Assembly: GCA_030690305.1 (NCBI GenBank)
Contig: JAUYHB010000006.1
Span: 84,574 to 148,573, forward strand
DNA from: a bacterium
GTDB lineage: Bacteria > Patescibacteriota > Minisyncoccia > Phycocordibacterales > JAGLPS01
Reading direction: 5' to 3'
DNA length: 64,000 bases
This document shows, piece after piece, positions 18,812-28,243 of the stretch; the first letter of the stretch is position 1, and each line of letters opens with the position of its first letter. The notes below the pieces were generated by a model. The model made no database searches. It was not told the DNA's origin and saw nothing but the letters and a program-made list of their open reading frames with translations. A program made the translations under genes and the position numbers.

Positions 18812-19018
18812 ATGGCAATCATCATTAACATCGACGTTATGTTGGCGAAGCGGAAGATGAGCGTCACCGAGCTTGCCGAGAAAGTCGGCATCACGATGGC
18901 CAACATTTCCGTGTTGAAAAACGGCAAAGCGAAAGCCATTCGCCTATCAACTTTGGAGGCAATTTGTAAAGCCCTGGATTGTCAGCCCGGAGATATATTG
19001 GAGTACAAAAAGAAATGA
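18812..19018 (+). CDS. XRE-family (Cro/C1, YozG-like) HTH transcriptional regulator
   Basis: 68-aa HTH (MSVTELAEKVGITMANISVLKNGKAKAIRLSTLEAICKAL). Confidence 0.8.
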   Translation: MAIIINIDVMLAKRKMSVTELAEKVGITMANISVLKNGKAKAIRLSTLEAICKALDCQPGDILEYKKK

Positions 19019-19094
19019 AAAACTTTCGGGTTTGAAGTTTAGAGAACCTGAGGCAAGACTCTCGGTGTTTCAGGAGATTTGATAAAATAATCTT

Positions 19095-19346
19095 ATGACC
19101 AAAAAAGGAAACGCCACCGGTATGGTACACACGGTGCCGGCGGATTTACGAAAAGCCATTACTTCTACCCCTGCGGCGCGAGCAGTATGGGAAGATATCA
19201 CACCACTCGCGCGCAATGAGTGGATTTGCTGGGTTACGTCCGGCAAAAAAGCGGAGACGAGGGGTATCCGTATCGGGAAGGCACTCTCGAAGCTTAAAGG
19301 CGGAATGCGCAGACCCTGTTGCTGGGCGGGTTGTCCTCATCGTTGA
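19095..19346 (+). CDS. YdeI/OmpD-associated (OmdA) family protein
   Basis: Motif LARNEWICWVTSGKK is characteristic of the family. Confidence 0.65.
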   Translation: MTKKGNATGMVHTVPADLRKAITSTPAARAVWEDITPLARNEWICWVTSGKKAETRGIRIGKALSKLKGGMRRPCCWAGCPHR

Positions 19347-19466
19347 AAGCGGCTCTCCTAGGGTGAAAGCTTTGTGGAAGATGTTCATTTGCTTAAGAAT
19401 GCGTTAGAGTAAGACGTGCCTAAAAAATCACCTCTTTCAGAGACTAGAGAAACACAAGAGATTATC

Positions 19467-20897
19467 ATGCGCTTTGAAGGCGTATCTTTTTCGTATAACC
19501 ACCCTATCCTGGATAAGGTGGATTTTTCCGTCCGCCGAGGAATGAAAGTCGCTATCATGGGACAAAATGGCGCCGGCAAAAGCACCATATTCAAAATCAT
19601 TTCCGGAAGCCTCACTGTGGATGAAGGACTGGTGCAAAAAAATCAAAGACTCACTATCGCAACCGCCAATCAAAGTATGAGTAAAGAAGACCGCGAACTT
19701 ACCGTCCGTGAATACTTTGAGCGCTGTTTTGAAGAAAAAGTGTACGACATCGACCCAAAAATCGATGCGGTGCTTGAAATCGTCAATGTTCATGCTCCTC
19801 ACGACCGCCTGATTAAAACATTTTCAGGAGGCCAGCAGGCGCGCCTTCTCTTGGCCTCCGCGCTTATCCAAAATCCAGACCTGCTTCTCCTCGATGAGCC
19901 GACAAACAATCTCGATAAAGCAGGCATCGAGCATCTGACCGATTTTCTCAAGCAATACCCAAAAACCTGCATGGTGATTTCTCATGATGCAGAATTCCTG
20001 AATGCCTTCACCAAAGGAGTCCTTTACCTCGACATATATACGAGAAAGGTTGAGCAGTACGCCGGAAATTATTTTGACCTGGTGAATGAAATTTCCGCCC
20101 GAATCGAGCGCGAAAACAGAAAAAATGCCCAGCTCGCCAAAAAAATTCAAGACAACAAAGACAAAGTGAACTTTTTTGCCCAAAAGGGCGGAAAGATGCG
20201 TTTGGTGGCAAAGAAAATGCGGGAAGAAATTGAAGAGCTCGAGGAAGAGAAAGTGGATGTGCGCAAAGAAGACAGAACGATTCGTCCCTTCACTATTCCC
20301 TCTCAGCCTGACGTTATCGGCGAAATAGTGGGTATCACTTCCTACACCACCATGGACAAAAAGACTCACAAAATAAAAAAACATCTCTGCAAAATTTCCC
20401 TTAAGAGACGGCAGCATCTCTTACTTTCCGGACCGAACGGCATCGGGAAAAGCACACTTCTTGAAACGCTTGCTCAAGGCGACACCCACGGCATAAGCAT
20501 CGCCGATGGAGTGCGCGTCGGGTACTATCGCCAAGATTTCTCAACTCTCGACCATGAGGAGACTGTCTATGACACCCTGAATAAAGTTATGGACAAACAA
20601 ATAGAACAAAACCTGCGAAGCGTTGCCGCAGGCTTTCTTCTGTCAGCCGATGTTATGCACAAAAAAATCGGGGTGCTTTCCGACGGCCAGAAAGGACTGG
20701 TGGCCTTTGCCCAGCTCGTACTGCTTCGTCCCGGGCTTCTTATACTCGATGAGCCGACAAATCATATTAACTTCCGTCATATACCGGTTATTGCGAAAGC
20801 CCTTGATGCATACGAAGGCGCTATGATTTTGGTCAGCCACGTGCCGGAATTCGTCAAAGAGATTCGCATTGATGAGAGGCTCGATTTGGACAGATAA
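19467..20897 (+). CDS. ABC-F family ATPase (tandem ABC domains, no TMD)
   Basis: Two Walker A motifs (GQNGAGKST, GPNGIGKST), two LSGGQ/LSDGQ signatures, and an inter-domain linker. Start trimmed to MRFEGVSF. Confidence 0.85.
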   Translation: MRFEGVSFSYNHPILDKVDFSVRRGMKVAIMGQNGAGKSTIFKIISGSLTVDEGLVQKNQRLTIATANQSMSKEDRELTVREYFERCFEEKVYDIDPKIDAVLEIVNVHAPHDRLIKTFSGGQQARLLLASALIQNPDLLLLDEPTNNLDKAGIEHLTDFLKQYPKTCMVISHDAEFLNAFTKGVLYLDIYTRKVEQYAGNYFDLVNEISARIERENRKNAQLAKKIQDNKDKVNFFAQKGGKMRLVAKKMREEIEELEEEKVDVRKEDRTIRPFTIPSQPDVIGEIVGITSYTTMDKKTHKIKKHLCKISLKRRQHLLLSGPNGIGKSTLLETLAQGDTHGISIADGVRVGYYRQDFSTLDHEETVYDTLNKVMDKQIEQNLRSVAAGFLLSADVMHKKIGVLSDGQKGLVAFAQLVLLRPGLLILDEPTNHINFRHIPVIAKALDAYEGAMILVSHVPEFVKEIRIDERLDLDR

Positions 20898-20943
20898 AAG
20901 ATATAAGCATAGATATCGGAAATTTATATAACAACTTTAGCGT

Positions 20944-21057
20944 ATGAAAAAAACACGTAACGGCTGGAAAACATGCGGCAGAGGGCACAAATTTCGCGGA
21001 AATTCCCCCTGCCCCGTGTGTTGGCCGGGGAGACTGAAGAGAAAACAGGGGAAATAA
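20944..21057 (+). CDS. Unannotated 37-aa zinc-ribbon-like mini-protein
   Basis: [39 protein letters not shown]-x...CPxC is compatible with a zinc ribbon. Below the 60-aa ORF cutoff. Confidence 0.35.
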   Translation: MKKTRNGWKTCGRGHKFRGNSPCPVCWPGRLKRKQGK

Positions 21058-21149
21058 GAAACTTCCCTCCTGTGAGAACGCAACCCTTTACAATCCTAAA
21101 TTAGTGATATAATCGGTGGGTAGTATTTATAAGACAATTATTAAACAAT

Positions 21150-21404
21150 ATGGCAAAAGAAAATTCCGCCTTTATGAAGCCGTTGACCGTAAGTGCCGAC
21201 CTTGCAGCCGTTGTTGGCGCAGGCCCGATGCCTCGGTCTGAAGTCGTCAAAAAGCTTTGGGTGTACATAAAGAAAAACAATCTCCAGGACCCGACAAACA
21301 AGCGCAATATCAATGGGGATGAGGCTCTAAAAAAGGTTTTCGGCGGCAAAGCGACCGTTAACATGTTTGAAATGACGAAACTCGTTTCTAAACACCTTTC
21401 CTAG
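21150..21404 (+). CDS. SWIB/MDM2 domain protein
   Basis: LAAVVGAGPMPRSEVVKKLWVYIKKNNLQDPTNKRNINGDEALKKVFG is the bacterial SWIB-domain signature. Confidence 0.8.
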   Translation: MAKENSAFMKPLTVSADLAAVVGAGPMPRSEVVKKLWVYIKKNNLQDPTNKRNINGDEALKKVFGGKATVNMFEMTKLVSKHLS

Positions 21405-21430
21405 TCTTTACAGTTCCCTACTTGGAAAAA

Positions 21431-21466
21431 CCCGTCTTTCTTTCTGTAAGAAAGGCGGGTTTTTTC
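21431..21466 (+). terminator. Rho-independent terminator
   Basis: CCCGTCTTTCT/AGAAAGGCGGG stem followed by T6. Confidence 0.65.
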
Positions 21467-21509
21467 GTCTCTATAGGAAGGTCGCAGCAAAAAATTACAA
21501 TTATTATCT

Positions 21510-22259
21510 ATGTATTTCTCACTTAAAAATATTTTTCGCACACTCGGTCTTATGTCGGTCATAGGGGCCATATTCGCTACGGTTCCCGTACTTGTTTCCG
21601 CGGACGAAGGAAATTTGCGTGGCAATATGCCGAATTTCGAAATCCACATAATCGATAACGGCAATGTTCTCGTTCGGGGGGCACAGGTCACAGCCGTCTC
21701 AGGTAATACGATTACCGCCTCAACCGCTATAGGCTCAACAACAGTCTCGTGGTTAGTAAACGTAAGCAGTTCAACAGACTTTATTCATAAATACTCGGGA
21801 AAATCGTCTCTCGCGGACATTTCCGTAGGTGACTATCTCAGTTTTTCCGGGAAAATGAATACAAGCGCTTCACAATTAACCGTCAATGCAAAGGTTATTA
21901 AAAACTGGTCGGTTGGAGAAACCCGCGCGACAGTTTCAGGAACAATAGAAAGCATTAACTCTTCGCTGCAAAACTTCGTGCTGGTAGGTAAAAAGCAAGC
22001 AACCACCACTGTTGCGGTTTCAAGCACCACTTCTATCTTCAAAAGCGGCACAACTACGCCCTTCTCTTCCCTCATAGTGGGAGATATTTTGAAGGTTTCG
22101 GGAATCTTCAGCAGCCAAAATACAATTTTGACTGCCGAGAAAATCGTAGTGAACGTCAAGGAGCAAGACGACGACAAGTCGGGAAAGGCTTTTGACAAAG
22201 ATTTCTTCAAGAAATTATGGGAACGGATAGGTGAAAGGTTCGATAAGAAAAAAGATTAA
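21510..22259 (+). CDS. Secreted hypothetical protein (signal peptide, Ser/Thr-rich beta-rich repeats, Lys-rich tail)
   Basis: Signal LGLMSVIGAIFATVPVLVSA. Repeated VSGxI/VSS segments. Confidence 0.5.
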   Translation: MYFSLKNIFRTLGLMSVIGAIFATVPVLVSADEGNLRGNMPNFEIHIIDNGNVLVRGAQVTAVSGNTITASTAIGSTTVSWLVNVSSSTDFIHKYSGKSSLADISVGDYLSFSGKMNTSASQLTVNAKVIKNWSVGETRATVSGTIESINSSLQNFVLVGKKQATTTVAVSSTTSIFKSGTTTPFSSLIVGDILKVSGIFSSQNTILTAEKIVVNVKEQDDDKSGKAFDKDFFKKLWERIGERFDKKKD

Positions 22260-22265
22260 CCGCAA

Positions 22266-22297
22266 AAAAAACACCCCCTTGGGGGTGTTTTTTGTTT
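22266..22297 (+). terminator. Rho-independent terminator
   Basis: AAAACACCCCC-tt-GGGGGTGTTTT followed by TTTGTTT. Confidence 0.7.
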
Positions 22298-22344
22298 ATG
22301 CGCATTGCCAACACACAACCGCATGCAAGTGAGGTAAAATAAGA

Positions 22345-23268
22345 ATGATGCAGAAAAACGAAAGAGGTTTTGTTGTTCAGGTACTTATCGCCCTTATTGC
22401 CGTGTTTGTCAGCAGCGGCATTTACCTTTTTATATATTCACAAAACAGAGAGGAGCGTGTCCAGGCAAAACTTGAAAACGCCAGAGAAAAAGCGGCGGCG
22501 GAAACGCAGAGACTCGACGACCTTAAAAAAGAATTCGGAGACGCGCATCCCCTTTATGCTGCCGTCCAGAACGGATATGTGGGAATAACAAACATTCTCC
22601 GAAACGCAGATACTTTTTTTGACACTTCCGATTCGGAAAATCCAAAAATCAGAATTGAAACAAAAACTTCCGCCATAGAGGCGGATATAAACGCGAAACG
22701 CGCGCAGATTGAGAACATGCTTGCAGAGTGGAAAAAGCAGGCGTCCCTTGCCCTTGCGACAGAAACAAATGCAGCCACAATCAACTCGATACAGGCTAGT
22801 GCCACTGTGATTCAGTCATTTATAAACGAACTGGCCGCCATTGTCGGCGCGCTTACTCCGTCAAATTCAGATTTAACACAAAGCGAAATTGACGGGTACA
22901 TTGAATTGCTTTCGGACGCCGCGGAGGAAATAGATGTCATTGTGGCATCTCTTGAAGCGGCAGAATCGTCTGTGGCCGATGCATCGGAAGAAACAACCAC
23001 AACTACCGTTACCACCGAACAAATAGAGACTCAGGAGGACGTGGTTACGCAAGCACAGGAGGAAGTTGCCGCCCTTGAAGAGGAATTGGAAGAAATCCAA
23101 TCCCAAACCGAAACCCCGGCAACAGAAGAACAGCCACAGGACACTTCTTCACAAGACGACACAACTTCCGATGGCGGTGTCGACTATACCGGAGAAAGTT
23201 CTTCCCCTGACCCGATAATTGTTGTTCCGGGTCCTCCACGATTGATTCAGGGAGCAAATAAAAACTAA
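22345..23268 (+). CDS. Membrane-anchored coiled-coil protein with a highly acidic C-terminus
   Basis: One N-terminal TM helix, a long helical region, and a C-terminal Glu/Asp/Thr-rich tail. Confidence 0.5.
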   Translation: MMQKNERGFVVQVLIALIAVFVSSGIYLFIYSQNREERVQAKLENAREKAAAETQRLDDLKKEFGDAHPLYAAVQNGYVGITNILRNADTFFDTSDSENPKIRIETKTSAIEADINAKRAQIENMLAEWKKQASLALATETNAATINSIQASATVIQSFINELAAIVGALTPSNSDLTQSEIDGYIELLSDAAEEIDVIVASLEAAESSVADASEETTTTTVTTEQIETQEDVVTQAQEEVAALEEELEEIQSQTETPATEEQPQDTSSQDDTTSDGGVDYTGESSSPDPIIVVPGPPRLIQGANKN

Positions 23269-23275
23269 GGTACAG

Positions 23276-23308
23276 AAAAAGCCGCCGAAATTTATCGGCG
23301 GCTTTACA
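23276..23308. terminator. Bidirectional terminator hairpin
   Basis: GCCGCCGA-n-TCGGCGGC stem with T-tracts on both strands. It overlaps the purN stop codon. Confidence 0.55.
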
Positions 23309-23963
23309 TATACTGATAAATCGAAAAACCGTGAGGAACATGGAGAGAGCGCGGATTTTTTCCATCCCACCGGATTTCCCCTCTTACCACAAGGTCGGTA
23401 ATAAAGGGTTGCATGGCATGTTCGTAATCACTGACTTTGTACTGAAGAGATTCGGCTGTGTCGTTTTCCTTGATTGGAATACTGAGTCGAAAGAAAACGG
23501 GTCCCCTGTCATACTCGTCGGGAGTAACAAAGTGCATGCAAAGCTGCGTGTGGTCAATCTCGCCTTTGTGAAAAGCTTCTATGACCGCTTCGTGGACATA
23601 ATAACCATACATCCCTTTCCCGCCAAAGCGAGGAAGAGGTCCCGGATGAATGTTGAATGTTTTTTCGGGCGGAAGCCCTTTTACATGCTTGAGCCATCCG
23701 GACAGGGCGATAAAATCGGGCTTTAGGTCATCCACTATCTTTTTGTACTCTTCTTCAACCCAAGGACCGGAAAAATACGTAAACGGAATTTTGAGTCTTT
23801 CCGCGCGTGCGCGAACTCCCCCGTTTTCACGACTGGAAACGACTCCGATAATGTCCGCGAAAAGTTTATTTTCCCGGGCATTGTGAACAAGGTTTTCAAA
23901 CCCTGAACCGCCGCTTCCATCCTTAGAACCCGAAGCGAAAATTAAAAGACGTGGCTTGTCCAT
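23304..23963 (-). CDS. purN: Phosphoribosylglycinamide formyltransferase PurN
   Basis: Formyl-transferase fold with NIHPGPLPRFGG (the NIHPSLLP-type motif) and the conserved His/Asp. Start trimmed to MDKPRLLIFASG. Confidence 0.75.
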   Translation of the reverse strand: MDKPRLLIFASGSKDGSGGSGFENLVHNARENKLFADIIGVVSSRENGGVRARAERLKIPFTYFSGPWVEEEYKKIVDDLKPDFIALSGWLKHVKGLPPEKTFNIHPGPLPRFGGKGMYGYYVHEAVIEAFHKGEIDHTQLCMHFVTPDEYDRGPVFFRLSIPIKENDTAESLQYKVSDYEHAMQPFITDLVVRGEIRWDGKNPRSLHVPHGFSIYQYM

Positions 23964-24114
23964 AGTTCCCCTTTCAAGGTTCATGTTTTTCGTATCCATA
24001 ATCTTTGGTTAAGGATAGTCCAAAGGAAGAATTATGCAACTTTTATAGAAGAAGGGAAAGAAGTATACTTTAACGTATTAGCACAGGCTCTCAATAGGTA
24101 AAAACAAGGAAAAA

Positions 24115-24762
24115 ATGAGTAATTCAACTGTAAACGGTATTATCATTTTCTTGATATTCGCCACGGTGGGCGCGGGAATAATCGCGTATCCTTCCCTTCC
24201 TCCGGAAGTCGCTTCGCATTGGGACGTAAACGGAGAAGTTAACGGATATATGCAGAAATTCTGGGGTGTTTTTCTTGTTCCGATGATAATGGCCGGTTTG
24301 TTTATTTTCTATCTCATTATTCCGACAATTGACCCATACCGCGCAAATATAGAAACATTTCGCAAACAATACAGCCTTATCTGGCTTATCGTATTCGGAT
24401 TTTTGTCATATATATTCGGCTTGACGCTGGCGTGGAATGTTGGGTATCGTTTCGACTTTACCATATTTATCATTCCCGCTTTTGCCCTAATGTGGTACTT
24501 TCTTGGAGATTTTCTTAAAGATTCAAAGCGAAATTGGTTTGTTGGTATTCGTACTCCATGGACTCTTTCAAGCGACGTAGTGTGGGAAAAAACTCATCGT
24601 CTTGGAGCAACATTATTTAAATTGAGTGCATTGCTGTCTCTTTTTGGGCTCCTGATTCCCAACAACGGCATACGTTTCTTTTTCGGAGTAATTCCCGTTC
24701 TCGTCATGTCGGTTGTTGTTGTCGTGTATTCTTACGTGGTATTTAGAAAAGAAATTCGATGA
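24115..24762 (+). CDS. SdpI/YhfL-family membrane protein (DUF1648 + SdpI)
   Basis: N-terminal DUF1648-like helix pair then four TM helices with an SdpI-type pattern. Confidence 0.65.
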   Translation: MSNSTVNGIIIFLIFATVGAGIIAYPSLPPEVASHWDVNGEVNGYMQKFWGVFLVPMIMAGLFIFYLIIPTIDPYRANIETFRKQYSLIWLIVFGFLSYIFGLTLAWNVGYRFDFTIFIIPAFALMWYFLGDFLKDSKRNWFVGIRTPWTLSSDVVWEKTHRLGATLFKLSALLSLFGLLIPNNGIRFFFGVIPVLVMSVVVVVYSYVVFRKEIR

Positions 24763-25229
24763 AAGTCATTTCGCTTATTGTCTTTATCCTCATCGCCTAT
24801 GCTGCCGGAGCCCTCGGTGCCCAGCCTGTGGCGGAATCGATTGACACATGGTACGCGGAGCTTGTTAAACCCGCGTGGAATCCCCCAAGTTTTGTTTTCG
24901 GACCCGTTTGGTTTGTTCTATACACGCTTATGGGTATTGCCGTGTGGCGTGTGTGGAACAGGCGTTACAGCAATCCTTTATCCGAAAACGCGTTTATTTT
25001 TTATGCCATGCAACTGACGCTTAATGCCGCGTGGTCCCCTTTGTTTTTCGGTCTGCATAGCCCCTTCCTGGCCTTTCTGGACATTAGCGTTCTTGCTTTC
25101 CTGGTTGCGACCACGACTGCCATATTTTGGAGAATTGACAAAACCGCGGGTAAGCTTCTTGTCCCCTATTTTTGTTGGACCGTCTTTGCGTTGGTGCTTA
25201 ATCTTTCCATCTGGCAACTCAACGCTTAA
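24759..25229 (+). CDS. tspO: TspO/MBR tryptophan-rich sensory protein
   Basis: Five TM helices with a Trp-rich signature (WNPPSFVFGPVWFVLYTLMGIAVWRVW). 4-nt overlap with the upstream gene. Confidence 0.85.
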   Translation: MKVISLIVFILIAYAAGALGAQPVAESIDTWYAELVKPAWNPPSFVFGPVWFVLYTLMGIAVWRVWNRRYSNPLSENAFIFYAMQLTLNAAWSPLFFGLHSPFLAFLDISVLAFLVATTTAIFWRIDKTAGKLLVPYFCWTVFALVLNLSIWQLNA

Positions 25230-25350
25230 AAGATATTAGGGGGTTTTCCGGTTCTCCACAGTTTTTTCCCTACAAATCCGATATAATTGACAATACCGTC
25301 AGTCTGTTTATCAATTGTTAGGCTAATCGGTTTTCATCATTAAATTGGAA

Positions 25351-28176
25351 ATGAAAAAACTTTTATTACAGACACTTTTAATAGCAAGTGGTTTCTTTTT
25401 GGTGTCGGTAGACGCAACCGCGGCAACATACTACGTAAGAACGGACGGAGGCACGGCGACACAGTGTAGTGGCCTTGCAGATGCGGCGTATTCTGGAAGC
25501 GGGACAAACCAAAGTTGCGCTTTTAACCACCCTAACTGGGCCCTTTCTATTGTAGGAGGTAACCCGACCAAGCTCCAGGGCGGGGATACTCTCATTATTG
25601 ACGGCTCGAATGGAGCCCAATATATGATGGGTTGGGGGTCACCCAATATTCCGAGCACTAGCAACTGCTATTCTGCCTGGGCTTATGATTGCGTTCAGCG
25701 TCCAGTTCCTTCAGGCCCCAGTGCCTCCCAACCAACACGAATTTTAGGGAAGGGCTGGGATAGTGGCTGTGCCGCTCCCCCACAACTCTGGGGAACTCAG
25801 CGAGTGAGTTATATTTTAAACCTCCAAGGAAGTGACAACGTCCAAATGCAATGTCTTGAGATTACTGACCATTCTAACTGTATTGAATTTGGCCCGACAA
25901 ATGCCTGTAATCGAAGTACTTATCCGTTTGGAGAATGGGCAGGGACCGGTATTAAAGCATCCGACAGCGATAATGTTTTGATTAAAAATCTCAATATTCA
26001 CGGGCTTCGGGCAGGTGTGCATGCTGGGCGTCTTTCTAATTGGACAATTGAAAATACCACTATCGCCAATAATTCCTTTGTCGGATGGGACGGAGATATC
26101 GGAGCAAATAATTCTTATAACACCGGAAACATAATTTTTCGAAATACCAAGATTCTCTATTCCGGTTGTGGAGAAACGTATCCCGGCAAACAGCCCTATA
26201 GTTGTTATAGCCAAAGCCAGGGGGGTTATGGGGATGGTATCGGAACTCACTTAACGGGAGGAGCGTGGGTTTTTGAAAATGTTGACATCAGTCACAATGT
26301 TTCTGATGGCCTTGACCTCCTTTATGGTGATGGCACGGGAAGTGTTACAATCCAACGTTCACGTTTTGAAGGAAATGCGGGAAATCAGGTGAAGGCTACC
26401 TCCCCCGTAACAATTGAAAACTCCGTTATCATTGGCAATTGTGGATATTTCAGCGGTCAAAGCTTTACCTCAACTAAAAATATAAGTGGCGCAAACGCCG
26501 GTTTCGACAGCTGTCGGGCAGCCGGGAATAGCATTTCGCTTAGTTATGCGAAACCAGGTACTCAGCATTCAATTTATAATTCAACTATTACAGGAAATGG
26601 TGATGTGCTTGTGCTCACAGGCGGAAGCGGGTGCAACGGAAGTGAGAAAGTCATTTCAAGAAATAATATTTTTGTGGGCGGGCCTCAGTTTTTTCCCGGA
26701 GACACATCTGATCTTTATTACGCGGCTGGAACAGGAGGAAACGGTGACGGAGCTTGTGGCGCAGTAACCCTTGATAATGATTACTCTGTTATTTGGGGCA
26801 CTAAAGACGGCGCAGCAGATTGTACTGGTAAAACCAATCTCTTCTGTCAAGACCCTAAATTCGTATCTTCATTTGTTCAAAACTTTAAAGGATTACTCAC
26901 TAACGTAGCCATTCAGGCTGTAAGTCCTGCCGTTAACAAAGCAACTGTGCTTGCGGGGAAATCATCACTTGATTTCAACTCTTTTGCTCGTGGAACCAGT
27001 TGGGATATTGGGGCACTTGAGTATGCTTCTGTCTCTTCCACTCCGACTCCAGTTCCTACACCAACGCCTACACCTACCCCAGCACCTACACCGACCCCAA
27101 CGCCAACACCCGTACTTGATACGACGGTTCCTGTTATTTCCTCTTTTGACGTCCAGCCTCGAACTACGACCACGGGCGCTGTAACTGCAACATTTTCTGT
27201 CACCGATACCGGTGGATCCTACTTGGCTTCCGCCAAGCTATATAAAGCATTGGATAATGGTTCTACTTGCTCCTCAAGCAATAAAACAGGTTGCAACTGG
27301 GTTAGTGCTGGTTCCCTTTCCGCTCCTGCTTCTATAAATTCCTGGAGCAGTACAATGACTGATACTATCTCGTCTGCCGGAACATATTGGTATGGTCTGC
27401 ATGTTCTAGATAATGCGGGTAATGACGGAAATGAACCCGCAGTCATACAAGTTGTAAGACAAAATCCAGTTCCTACACCAACGCCGGCTCCGACACCTAC
27501 TCCAACGCCTGCCCCTGCTCCAGCACCCACCCCTGAAACAAAATTTGTTGCGGGAGATAGGGTACAGGTTGCTAATGGCCCCCTCAACGTACGAGCAAGT
27601 GGCTTTATTGGCGCTTCCCTCCTGGGCGTTCAACACGTAGGGGCATTGGGTATTGTAATTGGAGGCCCGGCCTCGGCTAACGGCTATCGTTGGTGGAATA
27701 TAAATTACGATGAAGGTATTGATGGGTGGTCCGCTGAAGACTACCTTACAAAATTTGTTGTTCAAACACCTACTCCACTTCCGACGCCAACTCAAACGCC
27801 GGCCCCTATTGATACTTCTTTAACCAACCTATACGGCATTACAACTCAAATTGAAACATTGATAGCCCAGCTTAAGGCTTCAGGAGTTGCGGCGCGTTCA
27901 AACAGCGAACAATACATCGGTTTCGTACCCTTAAGCAGTATGAGAAGTTTAAGCAGTTCTTCAATAGGGTTTGATGTTTTTAAACTGCAATACTTCCTTA
28001 TAACACAGGATAAGGGTGTAGCGACTCAGAATCTCAAGGCTACCGGAGCAACAGGATATTTCGGTTCCGTGACTAAAGCCGCACTTCTTGAATGGCAAAA
28101 GAGCGTGGGAATCAGTCCTGCCGACGGGTACTTTGGACCGCGAACAAAGACGTATCTTAAATCGATCGGTTTGTAG
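25351..28176 (+). CDS. Large secreted cell-surface protein: right-handed beta-helix (pectate-lyase-like) domain, Pro/Thr linkers, Ig-like domain, SH3b-like domain and C-terminal peptidoglycan-binding (PG_binding_1-like) domain
   Basis: Signal peptide, then tandem NxxIxN/IxGN PbH1-like repeats (IKNLNIHG, IENTTIANN, FRNTKIL, FENVDISHN, IENSVIIGN). Three (P-T/A)n linkers, VQVANGPLNVRASGFIG...YRWWNINY (SH3b-like), and a C-terminal YFGSVTKAALLEWQKSVGISPADGYFGPRT (PG-binding). The ORF begins at a TTG, so the first ATG is used. Confidence 0.65.
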   Translation: MKKLLLQTLLIASGFFLVSVDATAATYYVRTDGGTATQCSGLADAAYSGSGTNQSCAFNHPNWALSIVGGNPTKLQGGDTLIIDGSNGAQYMMGWGSPNIPSTSNCYSAWAYDCVQRPVPSGPSASQPTRILGKGWDSGCAAPPQLWGTQRVSYILNLQGSDNVQMQCLEITDHSNCIEFGPTNACNRSTYPFGEWAGTGIKASDSDNVLIKNLNIHGLRAGVHAGRLSNWTIENTTIANNSFVGWDGDIGANNSYNTGNIIFRNTKILYSGCGETYPGKQPYSCYSQSQGGYGDGIGTHLTGGAWVFENVDISHNVSDGLDLLYGDGTGSVTIQRSRFEGNAGNQVKATSPVTIENSVIIGNCGYFSGQSFTSTKNISGANAGFDSCRAAGNSISLSYAKPGTQHSIYNSTITGNGDVLVLTGGSGCNGSEKVISRNNIFVGGPQFFPGDTSDLYYAAGTGGNGDGACGAVTLDNDYSVIWGTKDGAADCTGKTNLFCQDPKFVSSFVQNFKGLLTNVAIQAVSPAVNKATVLAGKSSLDFNSFARGTSWDIGALEYASVSSTPTPVPTPTPTPTPAPTPTPTPTPVLDTTVPVISSFDVQPRTTTTGAVTATFSVTDTGGSYLASAKLYKALDNGSTCSSSNKTGCNWVSAGSLSAPASINSWSSTMTDTISSAGTYWYGLHVLDNAGNDGNEPAVIQVVRQNPVPTPTPAPTPTPTPAPAPAPTPETKFVAGDRVQVANGPLNVRASGFIGASLLGVQHVGALGIVIGGPASANGYRWWNINYDEGIDGWSAEDYLTKFVVQTPTPLPTPTQTPAPIDTSLTNLYGITTQIETLIAQLKASGVAARSNSEQYIGFVPLSSMRSLSSSSIGFDVFKLQYFLITQDKGVATQNLKATGATGYFGSVTKAALLEWQKSVGISPADGYFGPRTKTYLKSIGL
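27040..27115 (+). repeat. Low-complexity CC(A/G)AC(A/G)CC codon repeat encoding a PT(A)-linker. Similar tracts at 27469..27535 and 27775..27805
   Basis: Direct inspection. It generates spurious antisense ORFs (26913..27203, 27219..27587). Confidence 0.8.
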
Positions 28177-28202
28177 GAAACTTCTTATATAATCCGTATG
28201 AT

Positions 28203-28238
28203 AAAATACTCTCTGTTACAAGCGGAGAGTATTTTTTA
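28203..28238 (+). terminator. Rho-independent terminator
   Basis: ATACTCTC-n11-GAGAGTAT followed by T6, immediately before the msrA start. Confidence 0.6.
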
Positions 28239-28243
28239 AAAAA

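Noticed and set aside
26913-27795. Minus-strand ORFs (96, 122, 129 aa) inside the large surface-protein gene
   Set aside because: They are generated by the PT-linker codon repeats (Gly/Val-rich antisense translation). They are not genes.
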